Shown here: positions 1 through 10,729 of the stretch, in pieces
Layout: each line of letters begins with the position of its first letter
Position numbering within the stretch: the stretch's first letter is position 1
NCBI GenBank assembly: GCA_023666335.1
Contig: JAMPCE010000001.1
Coordinates: forward strand, 103,116-167,115
Source: a bacterium
GTDB taxonomy: Bacteria > Bacillota > Clostridia > Lachnospirales > Lachnospiraceae
Direction: 5' to 3'
Length of the DNA: 64,000 nt
Program-made: the position numbers and the translations under genes
The notes under the pieces: model-generated
Database searches by the model: none
What the model saw: the letters and a program-made list of their open reading frames with translations, nothing else
What the model was told of the DNA's origin: nothing

Positions 1-554
1 CTACGCTTTCCTACGAGGAGAATCTTACCAATACGAAAAAAGCAGTCGCTATGGCGGAAAAGACCGGCGCGTCTGTGGAGGCGGAACTGGGAAGTATGGG
101 GAAACGGGAATCCGGAACCGGAGATGCGGATGGTGATGACACGAAAATCTATACCGATCCGCAGCAGGCAAAGGCATTCGTGGAGGAGAGTGGGATCGAT
201 GCGCTTGCCTGTTCTTTCGGGACGACACACGGTATCTATCTGAGTGCGCCGAAGCTGGATTTTGAGGTGGTGCGGCAGGTGCGCGCCCTGACAAATAATA
301 TTCCGGTCGTGATGCACGGCGGTTCCGGCGTGAGCGGAGAAGATTACCGTAAGGCTGTGAAAGCGGGCGTGCGCAAGATCAACTATTTTACCTATATGGA
401 TAGGGCGGGCGGCAATGCGGTGGAGGCGTATCTGAAAGGGTCAAAGGCAAAGGAGCCGATCTTTTTCTCTTCCGTTTCCATGACGGCGCGGGAGGCGATG
501 AAAGAAGATGTAAAGGCGGCGATGCGGATGTTTGCGCCGGAGGCGGATCGTTAG
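1..554 (+). CDS. fba: Fructose-bisphosphate aldolase class II, C-terminal part. The 5' end is truncated by the window edge; the reading frame begins at position 3.
   Basis: The frame is open from the window start. The translation (...LSYEENLTNTKKAVAMAEKTGASVEAELGSMGK...HGGSGVSGEDYRKAVKAGVRKINY...) matches the class II FBA/tagatose-bisphosphate aldolase C-terminal region. Confidence 0.85.
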   Translation, partial: TLSYEENLTNTKKAVAMAEKTGASVEAELGSMGKRESGTGDADGDDTKIYTDPQQAKAFVEESGIDALACSFGTTHGIYLSAPKLDFEVVRQVRALTNNIPVVMHGGSGVSGEDYRKAVKAGVRKINYFTYMDRAGGNAVEAYLKGSKAKEPIFFSSVSMTAREAMKEDVKAAMRMFAPEADR

Positions 555-644
555 AGAGCAGACGGGCAAAATCGGGAGATGATGGACTCATAATATCCAT
601 TCTTCCCACATAACAATAAGGGAGGAAACGATAAGGATCGTTCT

Positions 645-2840
645 ATGAGATACGATATGAGACGGCTGGCAAAGCTTTCCGCCATATTTTTAGGGCTTCT
701 TTTTCTGCTATTGCTGCTCCTGGGACGCAGGGAAAAACAGGAAACGACGTCTGCGCCGGAGGGGGAAAAGATCACGGCGGAGGATGTGGCGATTCTGCTT
801 GATGCGCTGGATGGGACGCTTTCGCTTCCGCAGGGCGGAGCAGAGGAAACGGAGACAGCGTCGGGTGAGACGGCGGACAAGGCGGTCACTTCACCATATT
901 TTACATACGGGCAGTACGAGGCGCTGTGTGCGCAGCTTGCAGGGACGGGGGTTGTGCTGCCGGATTTTTCCGACCGCTACGAGTCTGCGCACGGTCTGTT
1001 AAAGGAAGACTGGTACGAGGCTTTCCGCATTCTGCTGGCACATCTGGACAGAGAATCTTCCGTCTGGGAGACTACGATCTTTCTTCTAAAAGTAGATGAA
1101 AAAAAGAAAGAGGCTTACACGGAAACGGGCGCCATGCAGGGAGCTTTTTCGTATCGTTCCGCTGCTTTTGCGGATAACGTGTTTCAGGAGATGAAAGTCT
1201 ATGTAAAAAACGACGTGCTTCTTACAATTGTGGAAGTGCTTCCGGAAGATCACTATCTGGGGAGCGTGTGGGTCATGGAAGTCACGGGAAAGCGTCTGGA
1301 CTGTTTTTACGGGCAGATTCCTTTTTGGGCGGAGGCATCGGAAGAGGTATTCCAACTGCCGGAACGGGAACAGATCGCGGATCTGACGTTTCGCGCGGGA
1401 AAACTTGTGCGCGTGGAAGAACAGCGGGAAAAAGTGCACGGCAGGCTGCTTCGGCTCTCGGAGACGGAATTGGAGATCGAGGGGCAGGGCATATACGAGA
1501 TCGCGGAGAATGCCGCCTTTTATAAATTATACGGAAATCTGGCGTCCCTTTCCCAGGCGGATCTGCGGGTGGGCTGTGCGGATACGGATTTTGTTCTCAG
1601 GAAAGGAAAGGTTTGCGCCGGGCTGGTGTCGAAACAGGAGGAGGCGGATCGGATTCGGGTGCTTCTTAGGAATACGGCGGCTGGGAGTGATTTTCACGAT
1701 ACGGTCGCGCTCACCGTGGACGGGGAACGGACCGTCCTTCGCAAAAAGGATATGAAAATCGGGGAGCGCAGGACTTACCGGAGTGAAAATCTCACGGACA
1801 AGGTCCTGCTGGAACTGACAGGCAGTACCAGAGAAGATACAGCCTACCGGGGGAGCATCGAGTGCCTGCGGATGGAAGAGGGGATCGTTGTGATCAACGA
1901 ACTGCCGCTGGAGGAATATCTCTACAGCGTGGTGCCGAGCGAGATGCCGGCGTCTTACCCTGCGGAGGCATTAAAAGCGCAGGCGGTGTGCGCAAGAACT
2001 TACGCGTGCCGTTATATCCTGCATGCGGGACTTCCGGCATTCGGCGCGCATGTGGATGACACGACGGCCTATCAGGTCTATCACAATATTGCGGAGCATG
2101 CGAATACGACCACGGCGGTGAAAGAGACGGACGGCCTGCTTTTGACCTATCAGGGGGAACCCGCCGAGAACTATTACTTTTCCACTTCCTGCGGGGCTGA
2201 TCCGGAAGATGAGACGCTGCGCGCAGAGGAGGCGTTCCGGACGTTCATTGAGACTTCACATGCGGAGGATATCGAGCGGGAGGAACCGTGGTACCGCTGG
2301 ACTTATTCGGTAGAGGAACTTGACGAGGCGCTTCTTTTTACACGATTACAGGAGCGGTATCGGGCGGCGCCTTCCATGATTTTGACGAGGACGGCGGGCG
2401 GCAATTTTGCGTCGGAGCCGATCGAAAAGACGGGGCGTATCAAACAGCTTTTGGTTGCGGAGCGTGGAGACGGCGGTATCGCGCAGACGCTTGTGATCGA
2501 GACGGAAAAAGCGGTTTACCGGGTGATCTCGGAGTACAATATCCGTTATGTGTTATGCGACGGGGAAAGCCCTGTCCGCAGGCAGGACGGGAGCGAATCC
2601 GTGCAGCGAAATCTCGTGCCGAGTGCGTATTTTGTGATGGATACGGTTATGGAGACTGGAAATGGCGGGGAATCTGTGGTAGGATATACTTTGACTGGTG
2701 GTGGTTTCGGTCACGGTAAGGGAATGGCCCAGAACGGCGCGAAAGCGCTTGGACGGCAGGGCGCCTCCTGCGGGGAGATCCTGGCGGCTTATTATCCGGG
2801 CTGTACGGTCAGGAATGCCGCAGACTTAAACAGAGAGTAA
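645..2840 (+). CDS. SpoIID/LytB domain-containing protein, 731 aa, with an N-terminal transmembrane/signal segment
   Basis: N-terminal hydrophobic helix. The SpoIID-like core includes LPLEEYLYSVVPSEMPASYPAEALKAQAVCARTYA and a C-terminal GGGFGHGKGMAQNGAKALG motif. It is much longer than canonical SpoIID, which is about 340 aa. Confidence 0.7.
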   Translation: MRYDMRRLAKLSAIFLGLLFLLLLLLGRREKQETTSAPEGEKITAEDVAILLDALDGTLSLPQGGAEETETASGETADKAVTSPYFTYGQYEALCAQLAGTGVVLPDFSDRYESAHGLLKEDWYEAFRILLAHLDRESSVWETTIFLLKVDEKKKEAYTETGAMQGAFSYRSAAFADNVFQEMKVYVKNDVLLTIVEVLPEDHYLGSVWVMEVTGKRLDCFYGQIPFWAEASEEVFQLPEREQIADLTFRAGKLVRVEEQREKVHGRLLRLSETELEIEGQGIYEIAENAAFYKLYGNLASLSQADLRVGCADTDFVLRKGKVCAGLVSKQEEADRIRVLLRNTAAGSDFHDTVALTVDGERTVLRKKDMKIGERRTYRSENLTDKVLLELTGSTREDTAYRGSIECLRMEEGIVVINELPLEEYLYSVVPSEMPASYPAEALKAQAVCARTYACRYILHAGLPAFGAHVDDTTAYQVYHNIAEHANTTTAVKETDGLLLTYQGEPAENYYFSTSCGADPEDETLRAEEAFRTFIETSHAEDIEREEPWYRWTYSVEELDEALLFTRLQERYRAAPSMILTRTAGGNFASEPIEKTGRIKQLLVAERGDGGIAQTLVIETEKAVYRVISEYNIRYVLCDGESPVRRQDGSESVQRNLVPSAYFVMDTVMETGNGGESVVGYTLTGGGFGHGKGMAQNGAKALGRQGASCGEILAAYYPGCTVRNAADLNRE

Positions 2841-2867
2841 CGTTACAGGACATAGAGACGGGAAACA

Positions 2868-3737
2868 ATGCATATGATCTATCGGTTATTTTTAATCTTT
2901 CGCGATTTCAACTGGCAGATGACGAAGAAGAATATCAGCGCCTTTGCGGCGAGCACGGCATTTTTTCTTTTTCTGTCCATCATACCGCTTTTGATGGCGC
3001 TGTGCGCGATCCTGCCGTTTACAAGCCTCACGGAGGCGAATCTGATCACTGCGATCACGCAGTTTACGCCGGATGCGGTGGACGGTCTGGTGGTGCGCGT
3101 CGTATCGGACGTCTATGACAGATCTGCGGGAACGATCACGGTATTTGCCATCGTCACCATCTGGTCGGCGGCAAAGGCGATGCTGGCGTTGATCCACGGT
3201 CTGAACGCGGTCAATGATGTGGAGGAGAAGCGAAATTATTTTGTGCTGCGCATGATCGCCTGCTTTTATACGGTGGTCATCCTGGCGGCGATGCTGGTGG
3301 CGCTGTTTGTGATGGTATTTGGCAATGTGATCGTCGATCTTCTCCTGAAAGATATCCCACCACTTTATCTGGTGGTGCGGTTGGTCATGCGCTTTCGTTT
3401 CCTGATCTCATGGGCGGTCCTGACCCTGATCTTTGCCCTGATCTATGCGTTTGTGCCGAGTACGAAACTAAGGTTTAAGGCGCAGCTTCCCGGGGCAGCG
3501 TTTGCGGCGGCTCTTTGGGGCATTGCTTCGTTTGCCTTTTCCGTCTATGTGGATCATTATAATAATTTTGGCACCTACGGCAGTTTGACCACTGTGGTCA
3601 TTTTAATGCTGTGGTTCTATATGCTGATGTATATCCTGATGATCGGGGCGCATATCAACCGGTATTTTGGTCCGGTTTACAAATTTCTCTTCGGGTGGCT
3701 TGACAAGTCGGGAGAAAATCACTACAATAACAGATAG
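2868..3737 (+). CDS. YihY/BrkB family polytopic membrane protein
   Basis: About six hydrophobic helices. The N-terminal ...ISAFAASTAFFLFLSIIPLL segment is typical of the YihY/virulence factor BrkB family. Confidence 0.65.
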   Translation: MHMIYRLFLIFRDFNWQMTKKNISAFAASTAFFLFLSIIPLLMALCAILPFTSLTEANLITAITQFTPDAVDGLVVRVVSDVYDRSAGTITVFAIVTIWSAAKAMLALIHGLNAVNDVEEKRNYFVLRMIACFYTVVILAAMLVALFVMVFGNVIVDLLLKDIPPLYLVVRLVMRFRFLISWAVLTLIFALIYAFVPSTKLRFKAQLPGAAFAAALWGIASFAFSVYVDHYNNFGTYGSLTTVVILMLWFYMLMYILMIGAHINRYFGPVYKFLFGWLDKSGENHYNNR

Positions 3738-3764
3738 ATTTTGAACAGGATAAAAAGCGATGAA

Positions 3765-4050
3765 GGTGTCAGTAGGAAAAGTTTTTCCGCCAGAGAGAGG
3801 GAATCGTCGGCTGTAAGTTCCTTTCGGTTCAAAGGTTTTCCGAATTTCCCACCGGAGCTGTCTGTGCGAACCGGTTTTCCGATGAAGCGATTGGTCTTAT
3901 GTGCGGGAAACGGCAGTAGTGCGGGACGTCACGGCACGTTACGCCGAATGAAGCGTCCGTCTGCGCGGTGCGGTTGAGCATCGGCAGCGGGAAGTTGGGT
4001 GGTACCGCGGAGAAGATTCGTCCCATGTGTGTTTTACACATGGGATTTTT
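3765..4050 (+). promoter_or_regulatory. T-box leader (tRNA-sensing riboswitch) in front of pheST
   Basis: Conserved T-box sequence AGUUGGGUGGUACCGCGG at 3993-4010. An AGAGAG stem-I motif lies near 3790. A terminator hairpin follows immediately, about 40 nt upstream of the pheS RBS. Confidence 0.8.
4022..4050 (+). terminator. Intrinsic terminator of the T-box leader (attenuator)
   Basis: Stem cccatgtgt / acacatggg with loop gtttt, followed by auuuuu. Confidence 0.8.
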
Positions 4051-4092
4051 CTATATAATAGATAGGAAAAATCATTCAGGAGGAGAAGAGGA

Positions 4093-5130
4093 ATGAAAGA
4101 AAGACTGCAAAATCTGCTCTCGGAAGGTGAGAGAAAAATTATGGAGGCCAAGAGCGAGAACGACCTCCAATCTGTAAAGAACAAATTTCTTGGCAAACAG
4201 GGAACGCTGACGGAGCTTTTGAAAGAGCTTCCTACGCTTGATATTGCACTGCGCCCTGAGATGGGACGTCTTGTGAATCAGGCAAAATCAAGGCTCACCG
4301 AGCTGGTGGAGAGCCGCCGTGAGGAGATCAAGTTGAAAGCTTCGGAGGTCTCGTCGGATTTCGACTGTTCCGTTCCCGGCATCATGCCGTCCGGTGGGGG
4401 GCTGCATCCGATCACACAGATGTGCTATGACTTAAATGACGCTTTTCGCTCGATGGGATTCGAGATCTATCAGGAGGACGATATCACGAGCGAGCTTTAC
4501 GCTTTCGACAAATTGAATTTTCCGCCGAACCATCCTGCCAGGGAGAGTATGGATACCTATTGGCTGGAAGGGCATGACAGCGGAGCCACGAACGAAAAAT
4601 TATGCCTTCGCCCGCATCTTACCGGCGGCAGCGTGCGGTATCTGCAGACGCACAAAGCGCCTTATCGCTTCGTCTATCCGGGAAGAGTCTATCGGAATGA
4701 GACGACGGATGCCCACCATGAGCGGGCTTTCTTCCAGTATGAGGCGCTGATTGTGGATAAGGATATCACGTTTACGGCAGGTAAGGTAATGATCAGAAGT
4801 ATTCTTTCCAAAGTATTCGGGCGGGATGTTCCGGTGAGGATGCGCGCCGGCTTTTTCCCGTTCGTAGAACCGGGATTTGAAATCGATATGGAATGTCAGG
4901 TCTGCGGCGGCAAAGGCTGCAGTGTCTGCAAGCATGTCGGCTGGATAGAAGTTATGCCGGGCGGGACGCCGCATCCGAACGTACTGCGCGCTGCGGGTCT
5001 TGATCCTGACGAGTATACGGGCTTCTATGTCAATATCGGGTTGGACAGACTCGTTATGATGCGCTATGGCGTAGACGATGTGCGCCTGTTCCACAGTGCG
5101 GATCTTAGATTCTTAAAGCAGTTTTGTTAG
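4093..5130 (+). CDS. pheS: Phenylalanine--tRNA ligase alpha subunit
   Basis: RBS aggagg precedes the ATG. The translation shows class II aaRS motifs and a typical PheS N-terminal coiled-coil; its stop lies 27 nt before the pheT start. Confidence 0.95.
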   Translation: MKERLQNLLSEGERKIMEAKSENDLQSVKNKFLGKQGTLTELLKELPTLDIALRPEMGRLVNQAKSRLTELVESRREEIKLKASEVSSDFDCSVPGIMPSGGGLHPITQMCYDLNDAFRSMGFEIYQEDDITSELYAFDKLNFPPNHPARESMDTYWLEGHDSGATNEKLCLRPHLTGGSVRYLQTHKAPYRFVYPGRVYRNETTDAHHERAFFQYEALIVDKDITFTAGKVMIRSILSKVFGRDVPVRMRAGFFPFVEPGFEIDMECQVCGGKGCSVCKHVGWIEVMPGGTPHPNVLRAAGLDPDEYTGFYVNIGLDRLVMMRYGVDDVRLFHSADLRFLKQFC

Positions 5131-5157
5131 ACGAGGAAAGGAGAGAGGTGGAGCAGC

Positions 5158-7602
5158 ATGAAAATTTCATTATCTTGGATAAAAGACTATGTTAAGCTTC
5201 CGGAAGATATGGATCTTACCAGACTTGCTTACGATCTGACGATGTCTACCGTGGAAGTCGAGGGGGTGACGGAGCTTGCCGGACAGTTTGATCATATGGT
5301 GGTCGGCGTGATCAATGCCGTGGAGGCACATCCGAATGCGGATAAGCTTCGGATCTGTAAGACGGATATCGGGGGCGGGGATGTGCGCGATATCGTCTGT
5401 GGCGGCAGTAACTTAGAGAAAGGGATGAAAGTCGCCGTGGCGAAACCCGGCTCCATCGTCAGATGGCATGGGCAGGGAGACCCCGTTGAGATCAAGAACG
5501 CGAAACTCAGAGGTGTAGAGAGCTATGGCATGATCTGTGCTTCTTCCGAGATCGGGTTAGCCGATCTCTTTCCGACAGAGACGGAGAGCGAGATCCTCGA
5601 TCTGACACAGTTTGATGCGCCGGCAGGAACACCGCTTGCCGAGGCGCTTGACATGGATGACATCATTCTGGAGATCGACAACAAGTCTATGACGAACCGA
5701 CCGGATCTATGGGGGCATTACGGTATTGCAAGAGAGATAGCGGCGTTGTACGATCTGCCGCTTATGGAGCTCAAGCCATTTGCGGCTGACTGCGATTCGG
5801 ATTTTACAGTCAGTATCGAAGATACAGAGAGATGTCCCAGATACATCGGTGTACAGATCGACGGCGTTTTTGTGAAACCGGCGCCGTATCAAATGCAGAG
5901 CCGTATCTGGCGAGTCGGCATGCGGCCGATCAACGCATTGGTAGATATCACAAACTATGTCATGCTCGCGACAGGGCAGCCGACACACGCCTTTGATTCG
6001 GACAATATTTCCGGTCATATCAACGTGCGCCGTGCAGGAGAGGGGGAATCCCTTCTGCTGCTGAATGGCAAAGAGCTTACGCTCTGTCCGGATGACCTTG
6101 CGATCTGCGACGATGAGGGTGCGGTTGCCCTTGCGGGAGTCATGGGCGGTGCGAAAGATTCCATACTGCCCAAGACGAAGAAAGTCATACTTGAGGTGGC
6201 AAATTTTGAATCCACCGGGATCAGGCGGACGGCGCTTCGCTATGATAACCGCACGGAGGCATCGGCAAGGTATGAAAAGGCAGTCGATCCCGAGCGCTGC
6301 GACCTTGCACTTTCTATTGCGATGGAGTATTTCGCGCAGCTTTATCCGGAAATGCATGTGACGGGCTTCTGTGATAAATATGAGAAGAAGCTTGAGCGCG
6401 CTAAGATCGATATTTCGCTTGGCTGGCTCAGAAAGCGTCTCGGAAAAGATATCCCAAATGACCTCATCAAGAAAAAACTGGAGGAGATGGGATTTACAAT
6501 TACTTTTTCCGGAGATACTATGTGTGTCGTCGCGCCGACATGGCGGTCTACGGGCGATGTGTCGATCAAGGACGATGTCATGGAAGAGGTAGCGAGAATG
6601 TATGGCTATGAGCGGTTCGAGCCGACGCCGATCACGACGTCGTTCGAGGGTGCGATCAATCAGCTCGCTATGGACCTTACCAGAAACATCAAAGAATATC
6701 TCGCATTCCGCTGCGGTATGCAGGAGGTCTTCACATATCCGTGGATGAAGAATGTGTTTGTCGATGCCTTTTTGCCGGACAAGGCACAGATTCTTGCGCT
6801 TTCCACGCCGCCCGCGCCGGATGAGAAATATATACGTTCCTCGCTCTTGCCGAATCTCTGTGAGGCTGTCGTGAAAAATGAGCGTTACTTTACGGATTTC
6901 GCAATTTTTGAGGAGGCGCAGGTATTCAGGAATGCCGATTATAAGTCGCTCTATGATGAGACGGAATCTCTGCCCGACCAGCGCAGAAATATCGCGGGCG
7001 CATTTGCCAGCAGCATCAAGAGTGTGGAGGAGCTTTTTAGAACGGCAAAGGGTGTCATAGAATATATGCCGCGTTATACGCATATGGAAGCCATCTCTTT
7101 CAAGAGAGAGGTCAAACCTGTATGGGCTGACAATTCAGTATGGCTTAATCTGTTTGTCGGCAAGAAGCAGGTCGGAAACCTTGCCCTGCTTTCAAAAAAG
7201 GCGTCTCTTACCTGCGGGATCAAGAATCTGTCCGTACTGTTCTTTGAAATAGACGTTACATGTTTAAAGCCTTTCCGCTCACGGACAAACAGCTTTTCCC
7301 ATTTGGCGGAATATCCGATGACCGACTATGATATATCGCTGTTGTTTGATCCGGCGGTCAAGTGGGAATCGATTCAGGAGGTCATCGAGGGGAATCGGAA
7401 GAAAAATCAATTTTTGCATGGAGCGGCGTTTGTGGACGAATACAGGGGCAAACAGATTCCGGAGGATAAGAAATCCGTAACGGTCCGGCTGTCGATCGGC
7501 TCGTTGGATAAGACGCTTACATCCCAGGAGATCGAAGGATGTGCAGGCGCCGTCATCAAGAGTCTGGAACATGTGCTGGGAGCACAGCTTCGCCGCTCAT
7601 AA
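5158..7602 (+). CDS. pheT: Phenylalanine--tRNA ligase beta subunit
   Basis: 814 aa with an N-terminal tRNA-binding (OB) domain and B3/B4 and B5 regions. It follows pheS directly. Confidence 0.95.
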   Translation: MKISLSWIKDYVKLPEDMDLTRLAYDLTMSTVEVEGVTELAGQFDHMVVGVINAVEAHPNADKLRICKTDIGGGDVRDIVCGGSNLEKGMKVAVAKPGSIVRWHGQGDPVEIKNAKLRGVESYGMICASSEIGLADLFPTETESEILDLTQFDAPAGTPLAEALDMDDIILEIDNKSMTNRPDLWGHYGIAREIAALYDLPLMELKPFAADCDSDFTVSIEDTERCPRYIGVQIDGVFVKPAPYQMQSRIWRVGMRPINALVDITNYVMLATGQPTHAFDSDNISGHINVRRAGEGESLLLLNGKELTLCPDDLAICDDEGAVALAGVMGGAKDSILPKTKKVILEVANFESTGIRRTALRYDNRTEASARYEKAVDPERCDLALSIAMEYFAQLYPEMHVTGFCDKYEKKLERAKIDISLGWLRKRLGKDIPNDLIKKKLEEMGFTITFSGDTMCVVAPTWRSTGDVSIKDDVMEEVARMYGYERFEPTPITTSFEGAINQLAMDLTRNIKEYLAFRCGMQEVFTYPWMKNVFVDAFLPDKAQILALSTPPAPDEKYIRSSLLPNLCEAVVKNERYFTDFAIFEEAQVFRNADYKSLYDETESLPDQRRNIAGAFASSIKSVEELFRTAKGVIEYMPRYTHMEAISFKREVKPVWADNSVWLNLFVGKKQVGNLALLSKKASLTCGIKNLSVLFFEIDVTCLKPFRSRTNSFSHLAEYPMTDYDISLLFDPAVKWESIQEVIEGNRKKNQFLHGAAFVDEYRGKQIPEDKKSVTVRLSIGSLDKTLTSQEIEGCAGAVIKSLEHVLGAQLRRS

Positions 7603-7638
7603 TTTGATCATCCGGGAAAGGAAACAGATTGCTTCGGA

Positions 7639-9072
7639 ATGGAGGGAAAAATGGAGAGTAAAAATACCTGGGAGACTTACAGTGCAAAGCAGCTCAAAGA
7701 AGTGGATGCTTTTGCCAGGGAATATATGGAGTTTCTGGATCATGGCAAGACGGAGAGAGAGTGCATCGACACGATCGTAAATACCGTGGAAGCGGCAGGA
7801 TATCAGGAACTGGAAACGCTGGTGAAAGCCGGAAAAAAGCTGAAAGCGGGAGATAAGGTCTACAGTGTGTGGATGAATAAGTCCATCGCCCTGTTTCAGA
7901 TCGGAAAAAAGGCGTTTGCGGAGGGAATCAATATCCTCGGCGCGCACATCGACTCCCCGCGTCTGGACGTGAAGCAGAATCCCCTCTACGAGGACGGCGG
8001 ATTCGCCTATCTGGATACGCATTATTACGGCGGCGTCAAAAAGTATCAGTGGGTGACGATCCCGCTGGCGATCCACGGTGTGGTGGTAAAAAAGGACGGC
8101 AGCACCGTGGAGATCAATGTGGGGGAAAATGAGGACGATCCGGTCTTCTTTGTCTCGGACCTTTTGATCCATCTGGCGCAGGAGCAGCTGGAGAAGAAAG
8201 CCAATAAAGTCATCGAGGGCGAAGCGCTGGATATCATTGTCGGCAATAAGCCCCTTGTTCTGGAGAAAAAGAAAAAAGGCGACGACGAGGAGAAGAACGC
8301 GCAGAAAGACGCCGTGAAAAAAGGTATCCTCGATATCCTGAAAAAGGACTATGATTTTGAGGAGGAAGACTTTATCTCGGCGGAGCTTGAAGTGGTGCCG
8401 GCGGGAAAAGCCAGAGAAGCCGGATTTGACAGGAGCATGATCTTAGCCTACGGGCAGGATGACAGAGTGTGCGCATTCTCGTCCCTAAAGGCGATGCTGG
8501 AGACGGGGCAGACAGACCGCACCGCCTGCTGCATCCTTGTGGATAAGGAAGAGATCGGCAGCGTGGGCGCAACGGGGATGCAGTCGAAGTTTTTCGAGAA
8601 CGCGGTGGCGGAGGTGATGGGTCTGACCGGGGAGTACAGCGAGCTTGCCCTGCGCAGATGCCTTGCGCATTCCTGTATGCTCTCCTCCGATGTGAGCAGC
8701 GCTTTCGATCCCACCTATGCGTCCAGTTTTGACAAGAAGAATGTGGCGTATCTGGGCGGCGGCATGGTGTTCAACAAATTTACGGGTTCCCGCGGAAAAT
8801 CCGGTTCCAACGATGCAAATGCCGAGTATCTGGGGCATATCCGCGCTATTTTTGAAAAGGAAAAGGTAAATTTCCAGACGGCGGAACTCGGCAAGGTAGA
8901 CCTTGGCGGCGGCGGTACGATCGCCTATATCCTTGCGCTTTACGGCATGAACGTGATCGACAGCGGCGTGGCGGTGCTCAATATGCACGCGCCCTGGGAG
9001 GCGGTAAGCAAGGCGGATGTGTACGAGACGAAGCGCGGGTATGTGGCGTTTTTGAAACATGCGGATTTATGA
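7639..9072 (+). CDS. M18 family aminopeptidase (aspartyl aminopeptidase-like), copy 1
   Basis: AHIDSPRLDVK motif (M18 AH[TS]DSP). C-terminal ...GGGGTIAYILALYGMNVIDSGVAVLNMHAPWE metal-binding region. Confidence 0.8.
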   Translation: MEGKMESKNTWETYSAKQLKEVDAFAREYMEFLDHGKTERECIDTIVNTVEAAGYQELETLVKAGKKLKAGDKVYSVWMNKSIALFQIGKKAFAEGINILGAHIDSPRLDVKQNPLYEDGGFAYLDTHYYGGVKKYQWVTIPLAIHGVVVKKDGSTVEINVGENEDDPVFFVSDLLIHLAQEQLEKKANKVIEGEALDIIVGNKPLVLEKKKKGDDEEKNAQKDAVKKGILDILKKDYDFEEEDFISAELEVVPAGKAREAGFDRSMILAYGQDDRVCAFSSLKAMLETGQTDRTACCILVDKEEIGSVGATGMQSKFFENAVAEVMGLTGEYSELALRRCLAHSCMLSSDVSSAFDPTYASSFDKKNVAYLGGGMVFNKFTGSRGKSGSNDANAEYLGHIRAIFEKEKVNFQTAELGKVDLGGGGTIAYILALYGMNVIDSGVAVLNMHAPWEAVSKADVYETKRGYVAFLKHADL

Positions 9073-9113
9073 ATAGACTGACTGAGTCGGTCATTGGATG
9101 AGTGAGAAGTGAT

Positions 9114-10148
9114 ATGACAGAATTAAAGAAATCCGATTTTTATTTTGATCTGCCGCAGGAATTGATCGCGCAGGATCCGTTAGCGGATCGAGCCTCCTCC
9201 CGCCTGCTGGTGCTGGACAAAGAGACGGGAGCGGTGGAGCATCACCATTTTCGGGAAATTGCGGATTATTTGAGACCGGGCGATTGTCTGGTCTTAAATA
9301 ATACCAAAGTGATTCCGGCAAGGCTGATGGGTGTGAAAGAAGAGACCGGCGCGGCAGTCGAGGTACTGCTCTTAAAAAGAAAAGAAAAGGATATCTGGGA
9401 AACGCTGGTAAAACCGGGGAAAAAGGCAAGACCCGGCACGAGACTCATCTTCGGGGACGGAAGCCTTTGCGCCGAGGTGCTGGACGTCGTGGAGGAGGGC
9501 AACCGCCTGCTTCGTTTTTCCTATGAGGGAATTTTCGAGGAAGCGCTGGATCGGCTGGGAGAGATGCCCCTGCCGCCTTACATAACCCATAAGCTGCAGG
9601 ATAAAAACCGTTACCAGACTGTGTATGCCAAATACGAGGGTTCTGCGGCGGCGCCGACGGCGGGGCTGCACTTTACGGAGACGCTTTTGCAAACGATTCG
9701 GGACATGGGCGTCGAAACTGCCTTTGTGACGCTCCATGTGGGGCTGGGGACGTTCCGCCCCGTGAAAGCGGAAAATCTCTCGGACCACCATATGCACAGC
9801 GAGCATTATGAAATTACGGAAGAAACAGCGGAATGTATCAACCGCACGAAGAAAAACGGCGGGAGAGTGATCTGCGTGGGTACGACGAGCTGCCGTACCC
9901 TGGAGAGCGCGGCGGGCGAAGACGGAAACGTGAAAGCGGGCTGCGGCGATACGGATATCTTCATCTGTCCGGGGTATCGCTTCAAAGTGCTGGATTGCCT
10001 GATCACGAATTTTCATCTGCCGGAATCCACACTGATCATGCTGGTCTCCGCGCTGGCGGGGCGGGAGCATGTGCTGGCGGCGTATGAGGAGGCGGTGCGG
10101 GAGAAGTACAGGTTCTTTTCGTTTGGGGATGCTATGTTTATCATGTGA
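9114..10148 (+). CDS. queA: S-adenosylmethionine:tRNA ribosyltransferase-isomerase
   Basis: [22 protein letters not shown]... is a canonical QueA N-terminus. The ORF track starts at a GTG at 9102; the ATG at 9114 is preferred. Confidence 0.9.
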   Translation: MTELKKSDFYFDLPQELIAQDPLADRASSRLLVLDKETGAVEHHHFREIADYLRPGDCLVLNNTKVIPARLMGVKEETGAAVEVLLLKRKEKDIWETLVKPGKKARPGTRLIFGDGSLCAEVLDVVEEGNRLLRFSYEGIFEEALDRLGEMPLPPYITHKLQDKNRYQTVYAKYEGSAAAPTAGLHFTETLLQTIRDMGVETAFVTLHVGLGTFRPVKAENLSDHHMHSEHYEITEETAECINRTKKNGGRVICVGTTSCRTLESAAGEDGNVKAGCGDTDIFICPGYRFKVLDCLITNFHLPESTLIMLVSALAGREHVLAAYEEAVREKYRFFSFGDAMFIM

Positions 10149-10231
10149 ACCGAAATATGACATTTGTCTTACAGACGTGGGAAGCCCCGAACTTTAAGGG
10201 GCTGTGAAAGAGAAAGAGGGAAATCAGATAC

Positions 10232-10729
10232 ATGAGCGGAAAGAAAAAACTATCCGTAGGGCTGGAACTTTGCGTGATCGCTGTTTCGCTGGCAGGGCTG
10301 TTGCTGTTGTTTTATTTTGTGATGGCGGTATCGTTTCAGGATGGGACGACTTCGATTAGTCTGACGCTGCGCATGGCAGAACAGATCGCAGGGCGGATCT
10401 TTGAGGAACCGACGGCGGATCAGATTCAGACGACAGCGTGGTTGATACGCTACGGGGCGCATTTGGGACTATTTTTTGTCGTCGGATTTGTAACGACGTT
10501 TGTGAGCATGGTCATTTTCCGTGGCTATTACAGGATCCTCGGGGTGATCGGTGCGGGTGCGGTCAGCTATGCGCTCGCCTATTATACGGAGTATTACAAG
10601 CAGTTTGTGGAGGGAAGACATTTCCAGCGGTCGGACGCAGCGCTCAACTGGTACGGGAGCGTGGCGGGGATCCTCTGCATGGTCGGTTCCTATTTCTTAA
10701 ACCGATTGTTGGTGAAACTATCCTCTTAA
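10232..10729 (+). CDS. VanZ-like family membrane protein
   Basis: Four predicted TM helices. The RYGAHLGLFFVVGFVT segment resembles the VanZ signature. Confidence 0.5.
   Translation: MSGKKKLSVGLELCVIAVSLAGLLLLFYFVMAVSFQDGTTSISLTLRMAEQIAGRIFEEPTADQIQTTAWLIRYGAHLGLFFVVGFVTTFVSMVIFRGYYRILGVIGAGAVSYALAYYTEYYKQFVEGRHFQRSDAALNWYGSVAGILCMVGSYFLNRLLVKLSS

Noticed and set aside
3741-3977. 78-aa ORF upstream of pheS
   Set aside because: It falls inside the T-box leader RNA. Its sequence is explained by the conserved riboswitch structure and not by coding.
5707-7083. 458-aa minus-strand ORF
   Set aside because: It is antisense to pheT, which has unambiguous homology. It is Arg/Cys/His-rich and has no RBS.
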